Shown here one piece after another: positions 26,876-38,043 of a stretch of DNA of 41,114 bases (positions are counted from its first letter, which is position 1; every line of letters starts with the position of its first letter). A program made the position numbers and the translations under genes. The DNA lies in NCBI GenBank assembly GCA_001687465.1, contig LVLI01000588.1, forward strand, positions 1-41,114, read 5' to 3'. The DNA is from Halocafeteria seosinensis. Its lineage: Eukaryota. The notes beneath the pieces are model-generated. The model saw only the letters and a program-made list of their open reading frames with translations, was not told where the DNA came from and ran no database searches.

Positions 26876-27521
26876 CGATTCGCTGATGGTTTTCTTCTTG
26901 CATTCTGCTGCGTGGTAGCTATGGAAGTGGTGACCAGGCGGACTAACTTCGCCGCTAACCTGTCAACTCGGATTTCACAGACAACACTTGTCACAGGAAA
27001 GTGCCAGCCTATTTTCTTGTTGGTTCTGGGCTGATCAGTGATCGGTCCTCGAAGTGGGTTTGATACTTGTCTTGCTCAATTGTCAGTCTAACTGTAGTCA
27101 GGTATTACGTCCGTCTATTGACTTCAATTTCACACATGTTGTCTCAGAGGATACACTGTACTCGGATTATCTTCCCTAAACTACCTACTACTCCTACGCA
27201 GTTTCTTGCTCGGACTCAGGTCAGTCACTAGGATAAAGTTCCGATTCCTCAGCCCCGGAACTCCAGCGAACAGTAAACCTGCCCACTAGAGTGTAGTGCG
27301 GGTGGATTGGTTAACTGCCCAGATGACGGTGTTATGGAGTTGCATTTGCATAATAGTGTTAGTGAGTCTATTGCAGTGGTTGGTAGTGCCTTCTTGTCGG
27401 TGCATAATTGCCGTTGACACCATTGCGTCAGACCAAGATATTGAAACTACAAAAAAGGTGTTAAAGGGGAATCTACAGGGGGAAGGGTATTCCGTCCGCC
27501 ATATTACGCCAGAGGTGGATC

Positions 27522-29764
27522 ATGAGCTCCTCAAGGGCGATTTCCTCCTCATACACTCGCTATTTCTTGGGTCGGGTGGCAACACGTAATGGAGTAGGGA
27601 GTAAATCATACAGGACTGCTGCCGGTGCGTCAGAAAGTGGTGTATCATCGTCTCCAGAAGGCCGGAAATGTCCCTTTTTACGTGTCTGTGAGTCCTCAAT
27701 GGAGGAGGACAATGGACCACAAGCAAGCTCCTCTCGCAGCGCACGATCTCAAGAGCACTCGAATAGAGTGTCCTCCTCCTGTGGACACAGTGAGAGTGCC
27801 TCCACGGCGATGGCAACCATCGTAAATAGTCCCATGGCGCCTTCAAGAGCACCGGAATTGGCCCAATTATGTCCCTATATGAAGCGTGCGGCTGCCCAAT
27901 CTAATGCCGCCACCCCTGAGCATGCGATGAATGACGCGTGGCTAGCGTCCAGATTCGGCCATTCGAACTACACTGTGGACCACCATGGCAAGGAGCAGCC
28001 GAACAGTAGATGCCCTAGAGAACAATGCCATCCGGGATGTCCTAATTATGAGACTTTTGTGGACCAAGATTGTGATCGAAATGGTACGTCTCAAAGTAAT
28101 CAAACAGGATGTGCCTCGAAGAATAGGCTTTACAATCGTGGCTCCCTTGATTTCAGACACACGCACCTCTCGTGGGGTCCGATCGAACAGTGACGTTGGC
28201 GAACGAGACGATACCGCTAAAGAACACGAGAGAAAGGGTATTCAACAAGGTGTGTATAGAATAAACCCGATCATCTGATGAAACCGGTAGAACGCGAACA
28301 AAGTCCTTTGTGTGTTGTTCTTGTTCTGCAGCGTACTACGCATCAAAGTTTAAGCAAGTTGTGGACAAGATAAAAGCTGAAGGCCGCTACAGGGTATTCT
28401 TCGAACAAGAACGTATTTCAGGATCATATCCGTGGACAAAATACTATGATACTGAAGGAAAGGCTCATGATGTCGTCGGGTGGTGCAGCAATGACTACCT
28501 CGGAATGGGTCAGAACCCGAGAGTTCTCGGTGCCATGCAACAGACGCTCCGCCGCAGTGGTGCGGGCGCCGGAGGCACTCGTAACATTTCGGGAACAAGC
28601 GTTCACCATAAACGGTTGGAGAGCGAGCTAGCGACGTTGCACGAGAAAGATAGCGCTCTATTGTTTTCTTCCTGTTACGTTGCTAACGAGACAGTTCTCA
28701 GCACGCTGGGCAAACTGTTCCCTGGCTTAGAGATATTCAGTGATTCGATGAACCATGCGTCCATGATACATGGGATAAGGAATTCCCGTTGCGAGAAAAT
28801 CATCTACGAGCATAACAACATGGAGCATTTGGAATCTTTGCTTAGACAAAGCGATCCCGCTAAGCCCAAGTTAATTGCTTTTGAGAGCGTGAACAGCATG
28901 GAAGGCACTGTGGCTCCATTGCATGCCATTTGTGATTTGGCTGAAAAGTACGGGGCCATGACATTTTGTGATGAGGTACATGCTGTGGGGTTGTACGGCG
29001 CCCATGGAGGTGGAATCGCTGAGCGAGACCGCGCGGCAGATAGGCTTACGATGATTACGGGCACCCTTGGAAAAGCGTATGGTGTCGTTGGAGGGTATTT
29101 AGCAGGGGGATCGAGCCTCGTAGATGCTTTACGGCTAACCGCCCCAGGATTCATTTTCACCACGTCTCTCCCACCCCATGTGGCCTCTGGTGGTGCCGAG
29201 TCAGTTCGATACTTAAAAGAACATTCTCATGAACGAGATCAGATGCATTCGAAGTCTCAGCAACTGAAAGACATGCTAGTGGAATCCGGATTTCCGTTAT
29301 TCCCATCATCATCTCATATCATTCCTATACGAGTAGGCGACGCGACAAAAGCTAAGCTAGCGTCAGATATGCTTTTGAAAGACTCCGGTATTTACGTTCA
29401 GCCTATAAACTTTCCCACTGTAGAGAGAGGCAAGGAACGCCTTAGAATCACTGTAACACCTTTCCACACAGAAGAGATGATGGAAGATCTAGTCTGCTCT
29501 CTACGGGCTGTGTGGAACAAACTTGGGCTCACAAGGAAGCGGGCCTGTCCTGTCGCTATTTCGTTATGGGATCATTCGGTTAAGGGTGAATATTTACCCA
29601 GGGTCTCATATGAAGAAGCGCCTATGGAGATGGATGGTGGATGCTATACAAATAATGAAAAAGGACATGATCCGAAGGATGTGGACTCTTCGTCGGATGA
29701 GGATAGTGAGGAAGATGTCCAGAAAGCGTATGCCAACTTAAGTGTACAAGCCAAACCAATATAA
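27522..29764 (+). CDS. ALAS: Mitochondrial 5-aminolevulinate synthase (PLP-dependent, C4 heme pathway)
   Basis: [39 protein letters not shown] (PLP lysine), [10 protein letters not shown]. Exons 27522-28083, 28157-28249 and 28332-29764 join in frame. Confidence 0.95.
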
Positions 29765-29785
29765 TAAGATACAGCCTTGAACCAA

Positions 29786-32276
29786 TTATGCGTGTTTAGT
29801 TTCGGTTTTTCTCCTCTTTTTCTTTTTGTCCCCTTTCTTGTTTACCTCCTCCGAATTTTCCTTTGGCTTGGTGGATGCATTGACAATGTCGTCGAACAGT
29901 CCCACCTTCGAAGCTTCTCGCTTAATGCTCGACTTCCAGCTGGATTCATCTTGTTTCAAGTGATCCAATTTAACGGTCTTAGCGACGAATCTTCCAAACC
30001 GGGAACCCTGAACCTTGCGTTCTTGATGTAGTAGCTGCTTTGCTATAGCTGCCTTGCGCTCGACATCATTGATGGCGGAAAATGCTTTTTGAACTACGTG
30101 GCATCCAAACCTGTCACAAGACAAAGTAACCCACTCATTACTCATCACTTCCACTAGCTTGTTCTTTGCCCACTGAAATTCGGATGGTCCAGAGAAAACT
30201 GGTTCTAACACGTAGCGGCTTCCCCAAGGATGTATCGCTAGAGCCGCCACTATCATCGACGGTAGACTTGTAATCGACCGAAGTACGCTCTTGGCGGCTG
30301 CTGGCAGAAGACACAACATACTGTAAACTAGTTTACATCCCTCAGCCGATATCTCCACATCAGTTTCACTTTTTATCGCTGTCAAACTCCCGATGTCGTC
30401 TGAAGACCCATATAACTGACTTGTGCGTTGATGGCCGATATCCAACCACCAAGCGATAGGATTGTCCATCATTAATTTATGTGTCTCCGTAGTCGCTTTA
30501 GATTTCAACGACGACTGGCTTTCCAAAGCGACACTTCGTAATCTTTTTGTCACATTTTTCTGCATTTTTTCAATTGCTTCCGTATCCAAGTGTTTGAGAG
30601 TTGAGCTATGAGCCGGAATGTTTGGTAATCGGGCCATTGCATTTACCAGACCAAGTATTGCCTGATCCTTGCCCTGCAAATGCAGCGGATCCGTCAGCTA
30701 ACACAAGCAAGTGATAAATTTGCAAAAGTGGTGAACTTACAGTCGACGCCAGTTCTGGTACTAGAGGCATGAGTTCTGTTAGCAGTTTCTCCACTTGTGA
30801 AGCATGACGAGTGCATAACAGAAGTTGCTGGACAACAAACACAGCGTTCTTATCTTTGGATATGGATTTTACATGGTCGATCAAAACGTCGTCAAGAATT
30901 TGTTGGTAAAAATTGTCCCCTGAGGATTGTATAGCGGTCTCCACAACATGACTAGCCGTGTCACTGTGACACATCTGAATAACAATGTCGATTGGATTCT
31001 CTTCGTCCTCATCTTGTTCCTCCTGATCATTGCTCTCATTTCCATTCAATATTTCAGGTCCACTTTCCAACTGCAGGAGCACAGATCCAAATCCGTCAGC
31101 GGAAACAGGAAGCTTAGCTTCCTCCTTCTTATCGAGCAAGTACATCACTCGAAGCATATGTTGAAGGCACGGGCTAGCATTAACATCAAAACATGCATCA
31201 AGTAGAGCTTGCGGGGGAAGCGACAGGATTTGCCTCAATATCGCAGCGAGCTCCGCGGTAAAAGACTCCGGAACATCATGGTTTTTCTGAGGTAGGGTAT
31301 GGTCAGTGTCGGTGCTGTGCCTCGGCAGCACAGTGCCACCAGGACCAATCGTCACGTTATCACGACCTTTCACCTGATGGGATTCATGTCTTTTGAAGCT
31401 ACCACTCTTTTTCTTTCTCTTACGTTTGCTGAATGTAGTGTTCGAGGATACCATAGAACCGGTAGGAACCTCCGCTCCAACCAAGGTTGATATCAATGCT
31501 CTAACAACGTGCGTTCCACTTTGGTCAAACATGTATTCTACAATGTCCGGTGCCATTGCTCTTGACAGAGACACGACCGCTTCTTCTGGAGTGGCGCGCA
31601 ATTCAGCTTCTAGCTTGGCATCGTCCTCATCTTCCTCGGCCGTAGCAGCCCCCGTTACCTTATTCGACACACCCTTAAAATCTTCAACAATTACATGCAG
31701 TGACGTTTGCAGTACATGAGAAGCGTATCGGTTAGTTGCCGAAAACCGAATATAATTTTGTATGCGACAGAGGAATCCAGCAACCAGTTCCGGTTTGGCG
31801 AGTCGTAACAGTTTCTCAACCACGACGCTGCATCGGCGATGAGTGGCGGCGGAAGCTTCTTTGTTTTTGAGTTGTTGAATCAAATTCCGTGAAAGCACCG
31901 AAACGTCCATGTGCTCATCATCGTACGCTGTTTGTGTTTCTGCGGATTTCGCCTCGTCCTTCGCGACAGCACCTTGTTGAAGTTTGATAGTTTCGTTCGT
32001 TAATGGGAGTTCTAGTTGTTTCATATATTCGACCATATCATCATCCAGTTTCCTTGGTTTCCTGTATCACGATAAGACCCTTTGATGAAGCAAGCAACGC
32101 ACCGAAAAGCACAAACATGCAATATCTTGAAGTGACACGAACAAAGCATAGCTTCAGCACCTCCATGCGAACGCGTCTATCACTTACTTTATGTCTCCGG
32201 GACCATCTCCATCGTCATTATCATCACCATCATGGTAGAATTCATCGGATTCATTGGGGTATGCTCTCTCATTCAT
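29786..32276 (-). CDS. NOP9: Nucleolar protein 9 (Pumilio/PUF repeat)
   Basis: PUF-like motifs CSVVVEKL, ASHVLQT, GTHVVRAL, ASHVVET, GCHVVQK; basic C-terminus. Exons 32276-32188, 32061-30741, 30673-29786. Confidence 0.88.
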
Positions 32277-32467
32277 CGTACTCGAGCCGCGTGAACTGCA
32301 AGTTCACACAGCGGTCTCTGCTACACTATGAGTACAGATACACAACACTGTCGCGGGACGCTACTACTCCTCCTGACAGACAGTACTTATTGTAGCTTAT
32401 CAATAAGCATTCTGCTGATGTATGTTGTGGTTAGGTCGCCTTCGACTAAAAGCAGCAAGCCGAAGGN

Positions 32468-33430
32468 ACACCGGATTTTTTAACCTGGGTTGACACCCCG
32501 GCCGGGCTTCAAGCCCGGATCGCCGGCCCGGGGTCCCTTCCCGGGAGACCTGCTGCAGCTACAGCTAGTTTCATCTCTTGTATAGGGTAATGTTCTCTAG
32601 GATACCTAATTCATGAAATGGGGAATGAAAAGAAGAATGTCGCAACAAAGTTTTAGTATCCATGAGACACCGTCCTTGGTGTATGCCAAACGGATTCGGC
32701 CGGTGGAGTGCGCGCATGGAGGGTTGGATCTCTGTTACATANTTGGTNTTGAAGGGGAACCTATGCCGGTGAAAGTAAAGCGACTGCATAGAAGGTGGAT
32801 GACATGTCGACCAGGTTGGGAAGTGCCCATGAGGAGTGGTGTACAAACTGAAGCACCGGGAGTCTGGAGGATATATGTTAAAGTTAGAAATACAGGAACT
32901 ATGTGGAACTACTATTGAACTATTTGGAGCTTGCGATGATATGTGAAGGCGAGTAGAAGAAGAACTGTAGGTGGAGAAACTCGGCAGGTTTAATGTCCTA
33001 ACTCTTTCGCGTTTACTCAACCCGAAGCCAACGAAGGGATCCTCATTGTAAGTACGGATCTTTTGGAGATACAATGGAATGTAAGCTATCGATTCCTTAG
33101 GCAGGGAATACCGAGTGAGTCTCGCTCACCGAATCCGTAGCCTCTTCGTTATGAATATACCCTGGGGTCGGTAGATAAATAAATCACGGAACCGATTGGG
33201 AATGCACCGCTAAGCTCAGCAACTACAGTTCAGAATGACTCGATAGCCTGGAGGATCGGGAATNTGGAGAGAGTATTTGTGCGCACCCAGGGGGATGTCA
33301 ACGCTACTAAGTTAGTGTAACATACCCTGCGCACCAATTGGACACAAGAAGAATCAAGCTTGGGAAATATGCCCTGGGATTGGTATACTTCCATTTGATG
33401 TCTGACGATTATTCCTTGATATTCTGAGCA
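32468..33430 (+). repeat. Left arm of long inverted repeat
   Basis: Diverged reverse complement of ~39090-40066; paired ORFs 32613-32918 and 39613-39924 share RPGWEVPMRSGVQTEAPGVWRI. Confidence 0.92.
32613..33420 (+). pseudogene. Decayed SET-domain gene within left arm
   Basis: Reading through stops and frameshifts gives APGVWRIYVKVRNTGT...GVGR*INHGTDWECTAKL...ERVFVRTQGDVNA, matching the order of SET motifs GxGxFA / RxINHS / VxAxRDI. Confidence 0.55.
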
Positions 33431-33444
33431 CAATAAGGAGGACG

Positions 33445-33731
33445 ACTACTATTGAACTATTTGGAGCTTGCCGTAGCCTCTTCGTTATGGACATACCCTG
33501 GGGTTGGTAGATAAATAAATCACGGAACCGATTGGGAATGCACCGCTAAGCTCAGGAACTGCAGTTCAGAATACCATTGTCTCGATACCCTGGAGGCTCA
33601 GGAATATGGAGAGAGCATTTGTGCGCACCCACACCCATACCCTCGCACCAATTGGATCCAAGAAGAATCAAGCTTGGAAAATATGCCCTGGGATTGGTAT
33701 ACTTTCATTTTATGTCGGACGATTATTCCTT
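33445..33731 (+). repeat. Internal duplication of left-arm segments (~32907-32931 joined to ~33135-33417)
   Basis: CCGTAGCCTCTTCGTTATG...TAGATAAATAAATCACGGAACCGATTGGGAATGCACCGCTAAGCTCAG repeated almost exactly. Confidence 0.9.
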
Positions 33732-34554
33732 TATTATCACCAACACGGTGTGATCATATAATTCCTGGCTGGGGCATGATTCCTGAACGCTTCTGGTATT
33801 CAATCGAGATCGGGCCGCTGAGTCGTGGCAGTTAGACCAATAAATCACTGAACCGCGCAATTGCATCTTGATACTTGGGCAAATAAAGGCACCAGAGCGA
33901 ACCGGAATGAAGCTCTTGTAACCGGAACGAACGTCTTCTTCGGGTATTCAATCGATTCCGAGCCACTGAGTCCTGGTAGTTGAACCAATGAGTCACTTGA
34001 CCAAACCGAAATGAATCTCTTCTTCTGATATTCAATCTAGTGCGAGCCAACGATTCCTGGCCATTGGAAAGATAAATCATTAACCCCACAGGAATGAACC
34101 GCTAAGGCAGCCGTTTAAGTTCAGTACATGTTGACGTGATAGCAGAGATGACCGGCGATGATAGTTGTGGGTTTGGGGCCCGCAAAAATGGCTGAATTCC
34201 ACTTATTCCTCCTGTTTCTTGCAGGACCATTTTCGTACCGACGCCCATGAAGGAGAAAGTGTCTGTCCAAGTTCAAAACTGAAAGTTTTCTTCGATCAAG
34301 ACCGAAAAGGAATGAAGCAGCACAAGGCTTGAGCAAATCGCATACGGTAAGACGAATGCATGTCTTATGGGGATGGGAATAAAGAGTGTGGAGTCCGACT
34401 TCAGCAACGTTGTGGATGGAGGTAGATTCCAATCTGAAAAAGTGAAGTCGCAGATTGCGACCCGCTCCATGGATACTGGCACTGACACTGGTAGACTCTC
34501 AAACACAAAAGCATGCGCCAGATCCACAACTACTGAGAAAAAGCCAACTCCGTG

Positions 34555-34571
34555 TTAGGGTTAGGGTTAGG
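34555..34571 (+). repeat. Interstitial telomere-like tract (TTAGGG)x~3
   Basis: TTAGGGTTAGGGTTAGG. Confidence 0.65.
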
Positions 34572-35213
34572 ACCCTCCTTTTTTGCGACAAGGTGCACGG
34601 TTTTGTGGGGATATTCGGATGCCCATAACATAATATCCACTGACAATACATTCATTATCGTGGGCGTAGTAGATTGGTGGTACGCTTAGCTACTCGGGAG
34701 TGTAATATGAGCGTGAGATATGGACGAGAATTGTGTTTGCAGCATGATGAATTCTGCTCGCCTTTGCAGGTGACAAGTTGCACGCTTTTGCCGGTGTATT
34801 CACATGCGCTGTGCATCATGTATTTTTACTGAAAATATTGAACAAAGGTTGAGTAGTTGGATAAGACGATGGAGTATATGCGTGTGCAAACTGGGAACGG
34901 AAAATTGACGGAAAAGTATGGTTATAGTAGGCTGGCGTCTGTTCCAGCTGTGGCAGTGTGAAGGTGCGACGCAGTTCAAACTGTCCTTCAGGGATATACT
35001 ATTGTTGGAAGTGCCAAATCGTACTTTCCATAGTCCACCAGTATGCCACTCTATCTGTCCGTGAGAAACTTTGGAGAGCAGGCTTGGCAATTAGGTTTAC
35101 AAGGCAATTACTGCTCAGAAGGGATTTACATTACCCTCAGATAAGTAAACGGAAATATGTAGTACTCTGTACTCACGGAAGGCGATAAGCAGTACTCTTG
35201 GCCAGCTGAATGT

Positions 35214-36359
35214 CTATAGGGAACGACATGTGCCTTGGAACTTTGATTTGGAAGTGCGTGGGCAAGAATGATCTGAGCCAGCAGTAAGGGCCGCGTGCTT
35301 ATTGTTTATGTTTTGTCTGGAGGAAGCTACGTGCTCAAAGTAGCACTGTAACGTGTGTGGGCTTGTCTTGATTAATCTTCGAAACGAACTCTTTTCCTTC
35401 GAAGAACTCTGGGAGCCCTTTGGCTGACGCATCGCTGAAGCCAGTTCCCGGGCACCTTTAGACGTTGAAGGGTTGATTTTAGAAATGAGTGGCGGAACCG
35501 AATCTGAAGTAGATGAAGCCAACGTTCGTTTGCTTTCAGCAAAGCATGAAGCTGGCCTGTGACCCTCACTTCCTTTAAAAGGCTTATCATCATTAAGTTG
35601 CGAGCCGCTGTGGGATTGGCCGAAAGCTGAGGCACATGTGTGCTTCGAAAGATTTGTCTGACTTGCGAATGTTAGTGGACACCGGTCACAACAGAATCTT
35701 GACTGTTTCCTGCGCTTTTTTGCGGCTGTAACACTGTTCAAGTACCCAGCCGGGTAGAGTTCCGCCAAAATACGCAGCGCGCATTTGTGGGGTTGCTTCC
35801 CGTTTCGTTTTTCGCTGAGAATTCTGCTTTTGTGTTCCACCCTCATATGTCGCGCCAAGCTCCCGCGTTCTGCTGCATTATGGGTTCTGCAAAACGGGCA
35901 TTTAAAATTAGCAGTTTCCGTATTGTTATTGTGCGCGTCTAAGCATTCTACCAGTACGGGAGGCGATTCGGTGCCGTGTAGCCGTAACGAGTTAGTGACG
36001 TCCTCGGTGGCTTTCGTGCTACCCTGTATGTCAACTGCACGGGGTACAACCTGATTCTTTTCTACTTCCACTGGTTCGAACCCAAAAGCATTGGAGTCTT
36101 GCGTCGTATATTTAATTCGAAAAGGCAATTTAGCGTCTCGTTGCTTTGTTGGATCGAAGTCCGCAGTTTGGCGACTTTCAGTCAGCAGCATGCTACTTTG
36201 ATAATCCGAAGGACGACGTTTGGTTTTCGAAAGTATGCGCTGAACACAATTGAGAAGGTCGTCTTTGTCGTCGGTTTTTTGTTTGCTCTTGTCTGTTGCT
36301 ATGGTGCTACGCTCAGATTCTCTCATACCGGCGCTGATACGGCAGTCGGCCTCAATCAC
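35214..36359 (-). CDS. Zinc-finger protein (one C2H2, one C2HC finger); first ATG at 36326; may be a truncated or captured gene
   Basis: FKCPFCRTHNAAERGSLARHMRVEH and FCCDRCPLTFASQTNLSKHTC in a 381-aa ORF. Confidence 0.65.
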   Translation of the reverse strand: MIEADCRISAGMRESERSTIATDKSKQKTDDKDDLLNCVQRILSKTKRRPSDYQSSMLLTESRQTADFDPTKQRDAKLPFRIKYTTQDSNAFGFEPVEVEKNQVVPRAVDIQGSTKATEDVTNSLRLHGTESPPVLVECLDAHNNNTETANFKCPFCRTHNAAERGSLARHMRVEHKSRILSEKRNGKQPHKCALRILAELYPAGYLNSVTAAKKRRKQSRFCCDRCPLTFASQTNLSKHTCASAFGQSHSGSQLNDDKPFKGSEGHRPASCFAESKRTLASSTSDSVPPLISKINPSTSKGARELASAMRQPKGSQSSSKEKSSFRRLIKTSPHTLQCYFEHVASSRQNINNKHAALTAGSDHSCPRTSKSKFQGTCRSL

Positions 36360-36391
36360 ATATACAAAGACAAACCGGACAGCTTACCACT

Positions 36392-36622
36392 TTAATACTT
36401 TTCGCCCTTCCCATTTGTGACTCTAAGTTTGTTAAATTGATGATTGAAATCTAAATGTTTGTTAATTGATTTATATACCGTAATATAAGAAAGCGACACA
36501 TTTACCCTTCCAACATACAAGAGGCTTTCGCGGTGTGTTGAAAGCAAGACATGGTCCTGACTTTCCAGAACGTAGAATTTAGACTTGGTCCGGCTGAAGG
36601 ATTGCCAATAAGCAATGATCAA
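36392..36622 (-). pseudogene. Fragment resembling the N-terminal part of a Polinton/PLV minor capsid (penton) protein
   Basis: VNVSLSYITVYKSI...FNKLRVTNGKG resembles the penton pattern VALxxLxxYxS...NNxxxY; AT-rich. Motif impression only. Confidence 0.3.
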
Positions 36623-36821
36623 ATTGCAAACACGTTATGATGTAACAGCACAAAGTGGTGTTAACATGAATTCTAATCGAATTACGAATGTAGGGGAATC
36701 TTTCGAAGACAGTTACGTTGTTAGTAAGTCGTATATCACCTGCAAAAATCGTGATACTATTGTTATTTTCAAAATTGTGAAACAATTCTTTCGCGATTTT
36801 CGTAAATACGGATATTTCTGA
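36615..36821 (+). pseudogene. Viral fibre/adhesin-like fragment
   Basis: GVNMNSNRITNVGESFEDSYVVSKSYI matches the MNxNxITNLxxP...DxxxKxYVD stalk motif of phage/PLV fibres and trimeric adhesins. Confidence 0.5.
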
Positions 36822-36829
36822 TACTAAAT

Positions 36830-37215
36830 CGAATGCGAGCCAATGAGTTGTCGTAGTTGGACCGATAAAGCAGTGAGCCGAACGGGAATGAGCTGTTCAT
36901 TCGAATGCGGGCGAATGGGTTAGTTGGACCAATAAATCACTGAACCGGAAGGAACCGCTCCTTGCTTGTGAAATTCCTTCGAATGCAAGCCACCAAGTCC
37001 TGGTAGTTGGATCAGTAAATCACTGAACCGAACGGGAATGACTCGACTGCTCAGCAACTTACGGTAAGTTCAGTGCACTCTGACTTGATAGCCTGGATGG
37101 CCGGCAGTGGCAGAAGGCCCGTTATGTTTGTGTCCACACCGGAAGACACGTCGAGGCTTCTTTGACCGGGTAGCATTCTTGCGCTAATTGGATTCAACAA
37201 AAAACAAGCTCGTTC
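36830..37215 (+). repeat. Three diverged copies of the SET 'INH' motif repeat; the last extends into downstream arm-like sequence
   Basis: TAGTTGGAYC..TAAATCACTGAACCG-like units at ~36854, 36921 and 37004; 37050-37210 resembles 33213-33360. Confidence 0.75.
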
Positions 37216-37249
37216 CAGGCAAACCTTTCTGCGGACATCCGAGTTTGTT

Positions 37250-37757
37250 CCTCAATCAAATGCGTCCGGTCCTGCTACTACACGCTTGCATTCAATGGGC
37301 ATAAAATGCTCAGTGAACTTTCCCCAACGAAAAAAGAGAGCGTTGACTGTAGTAAATACGGATCTTCCGGATGAAAGCGAATGTGAACCTGGTCAACAAT
37401 GGTATCCATTCTCGTTCTTGATTGTTCCAATATTTGGGTCTAGATAGAAAACAAATTCTGGATTCGGCTTTGAAGAGCTAATTCCATGTCCTGCACCATT
37501 TACCGGTAGTTTTACGATACCGGCAGTCGCAGAATTATCCGAATCAAATACATCCAATTGGGAAAATAAATTAACATCAGTGATAACAAGCATCTTTGGT
37601 GATGATACCACGAAAGACAGAAGTAATCCGCTTTGGAGGGGAAACACGAGTCGAAGCTTCGAAATTCGCAATAGGGAGGAACTTTGAATGCAAATTCAAC
37701 CAATTTCTGGCAACCTAATATTACTTTACTCGAAGCACCCTTTAAACTTACAATCAC
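37250..37757 (-). pseudogene. Frameshifted fragment resembling the C-terminal part of a Polinton/PLV minor capsid (penton) protein
   Basis: SKVILG...SSPKMLVITDVN...AGIVKLPVNGAGHGISSSKPNPEF...IVDQVHIRF follows the ILGF / PKYxxIxxD / ILAKIPV / IxxIxIxL penton pattern. Confidence 0.4.
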
Positions 37758-37824
37758 ACATAATTATAGCAGCAATGAGGGAAAGTATGTTAATAATCGA
37801 TAGCGTGTAGTAGACCACGAAACA

Positions 37825-38043
37825 AGATAATACCGGGAGAGGAAGAACCGAACATGAGACTTCGAACACTATGGATACATTTATTAATGCTTTTTCACAT
37901 CCGATGAATTAACGGAGGAGCAGATCGGAAACGTTCATAATTATCTCAAGGATAAGTGGAATATCTTCACTAAGACAGAAGTGGATATTTTTACTATGGC
38001 AGGTCAATCAAATATGTGCTCTGCTGAGTCACAACGATATTAA
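37825..38043 (+). pseudogene. LamG-like C-terminus joined to the start of a SASA (sialate O-acetylesterase-like SGNH) domain
   Basis: Hand translation, not in the ORF track: FEHYGYIY*CFFTSDELTEEQIGNVHNYLKDKWNI followed by VDIFTMAGQSNM. Confidence 0.6.

Noticed and set aside
15076..29764. Functional cluster of mitochondrial genes (ATP11, MPC1, NDUFC2-like, ALAS)
   Set aside because: Interspersed with unrelated genes on both strands; consistent with chance in a dense genome.
34800..35090. Reverse-transcriptase-like LIQLLNLC segment downstream of the zinc fingers
   Set aside because: No RT core motifs follow; too weak to call a retrotransposon.
33135..37050. CRISPR-like array from recurring ~30-bp motifs
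   Set aside because: Repeats are degenerate and irregularly spaced, the intervening DNA is homologous between units, there are no cas genes, and the context is eukaryotic.
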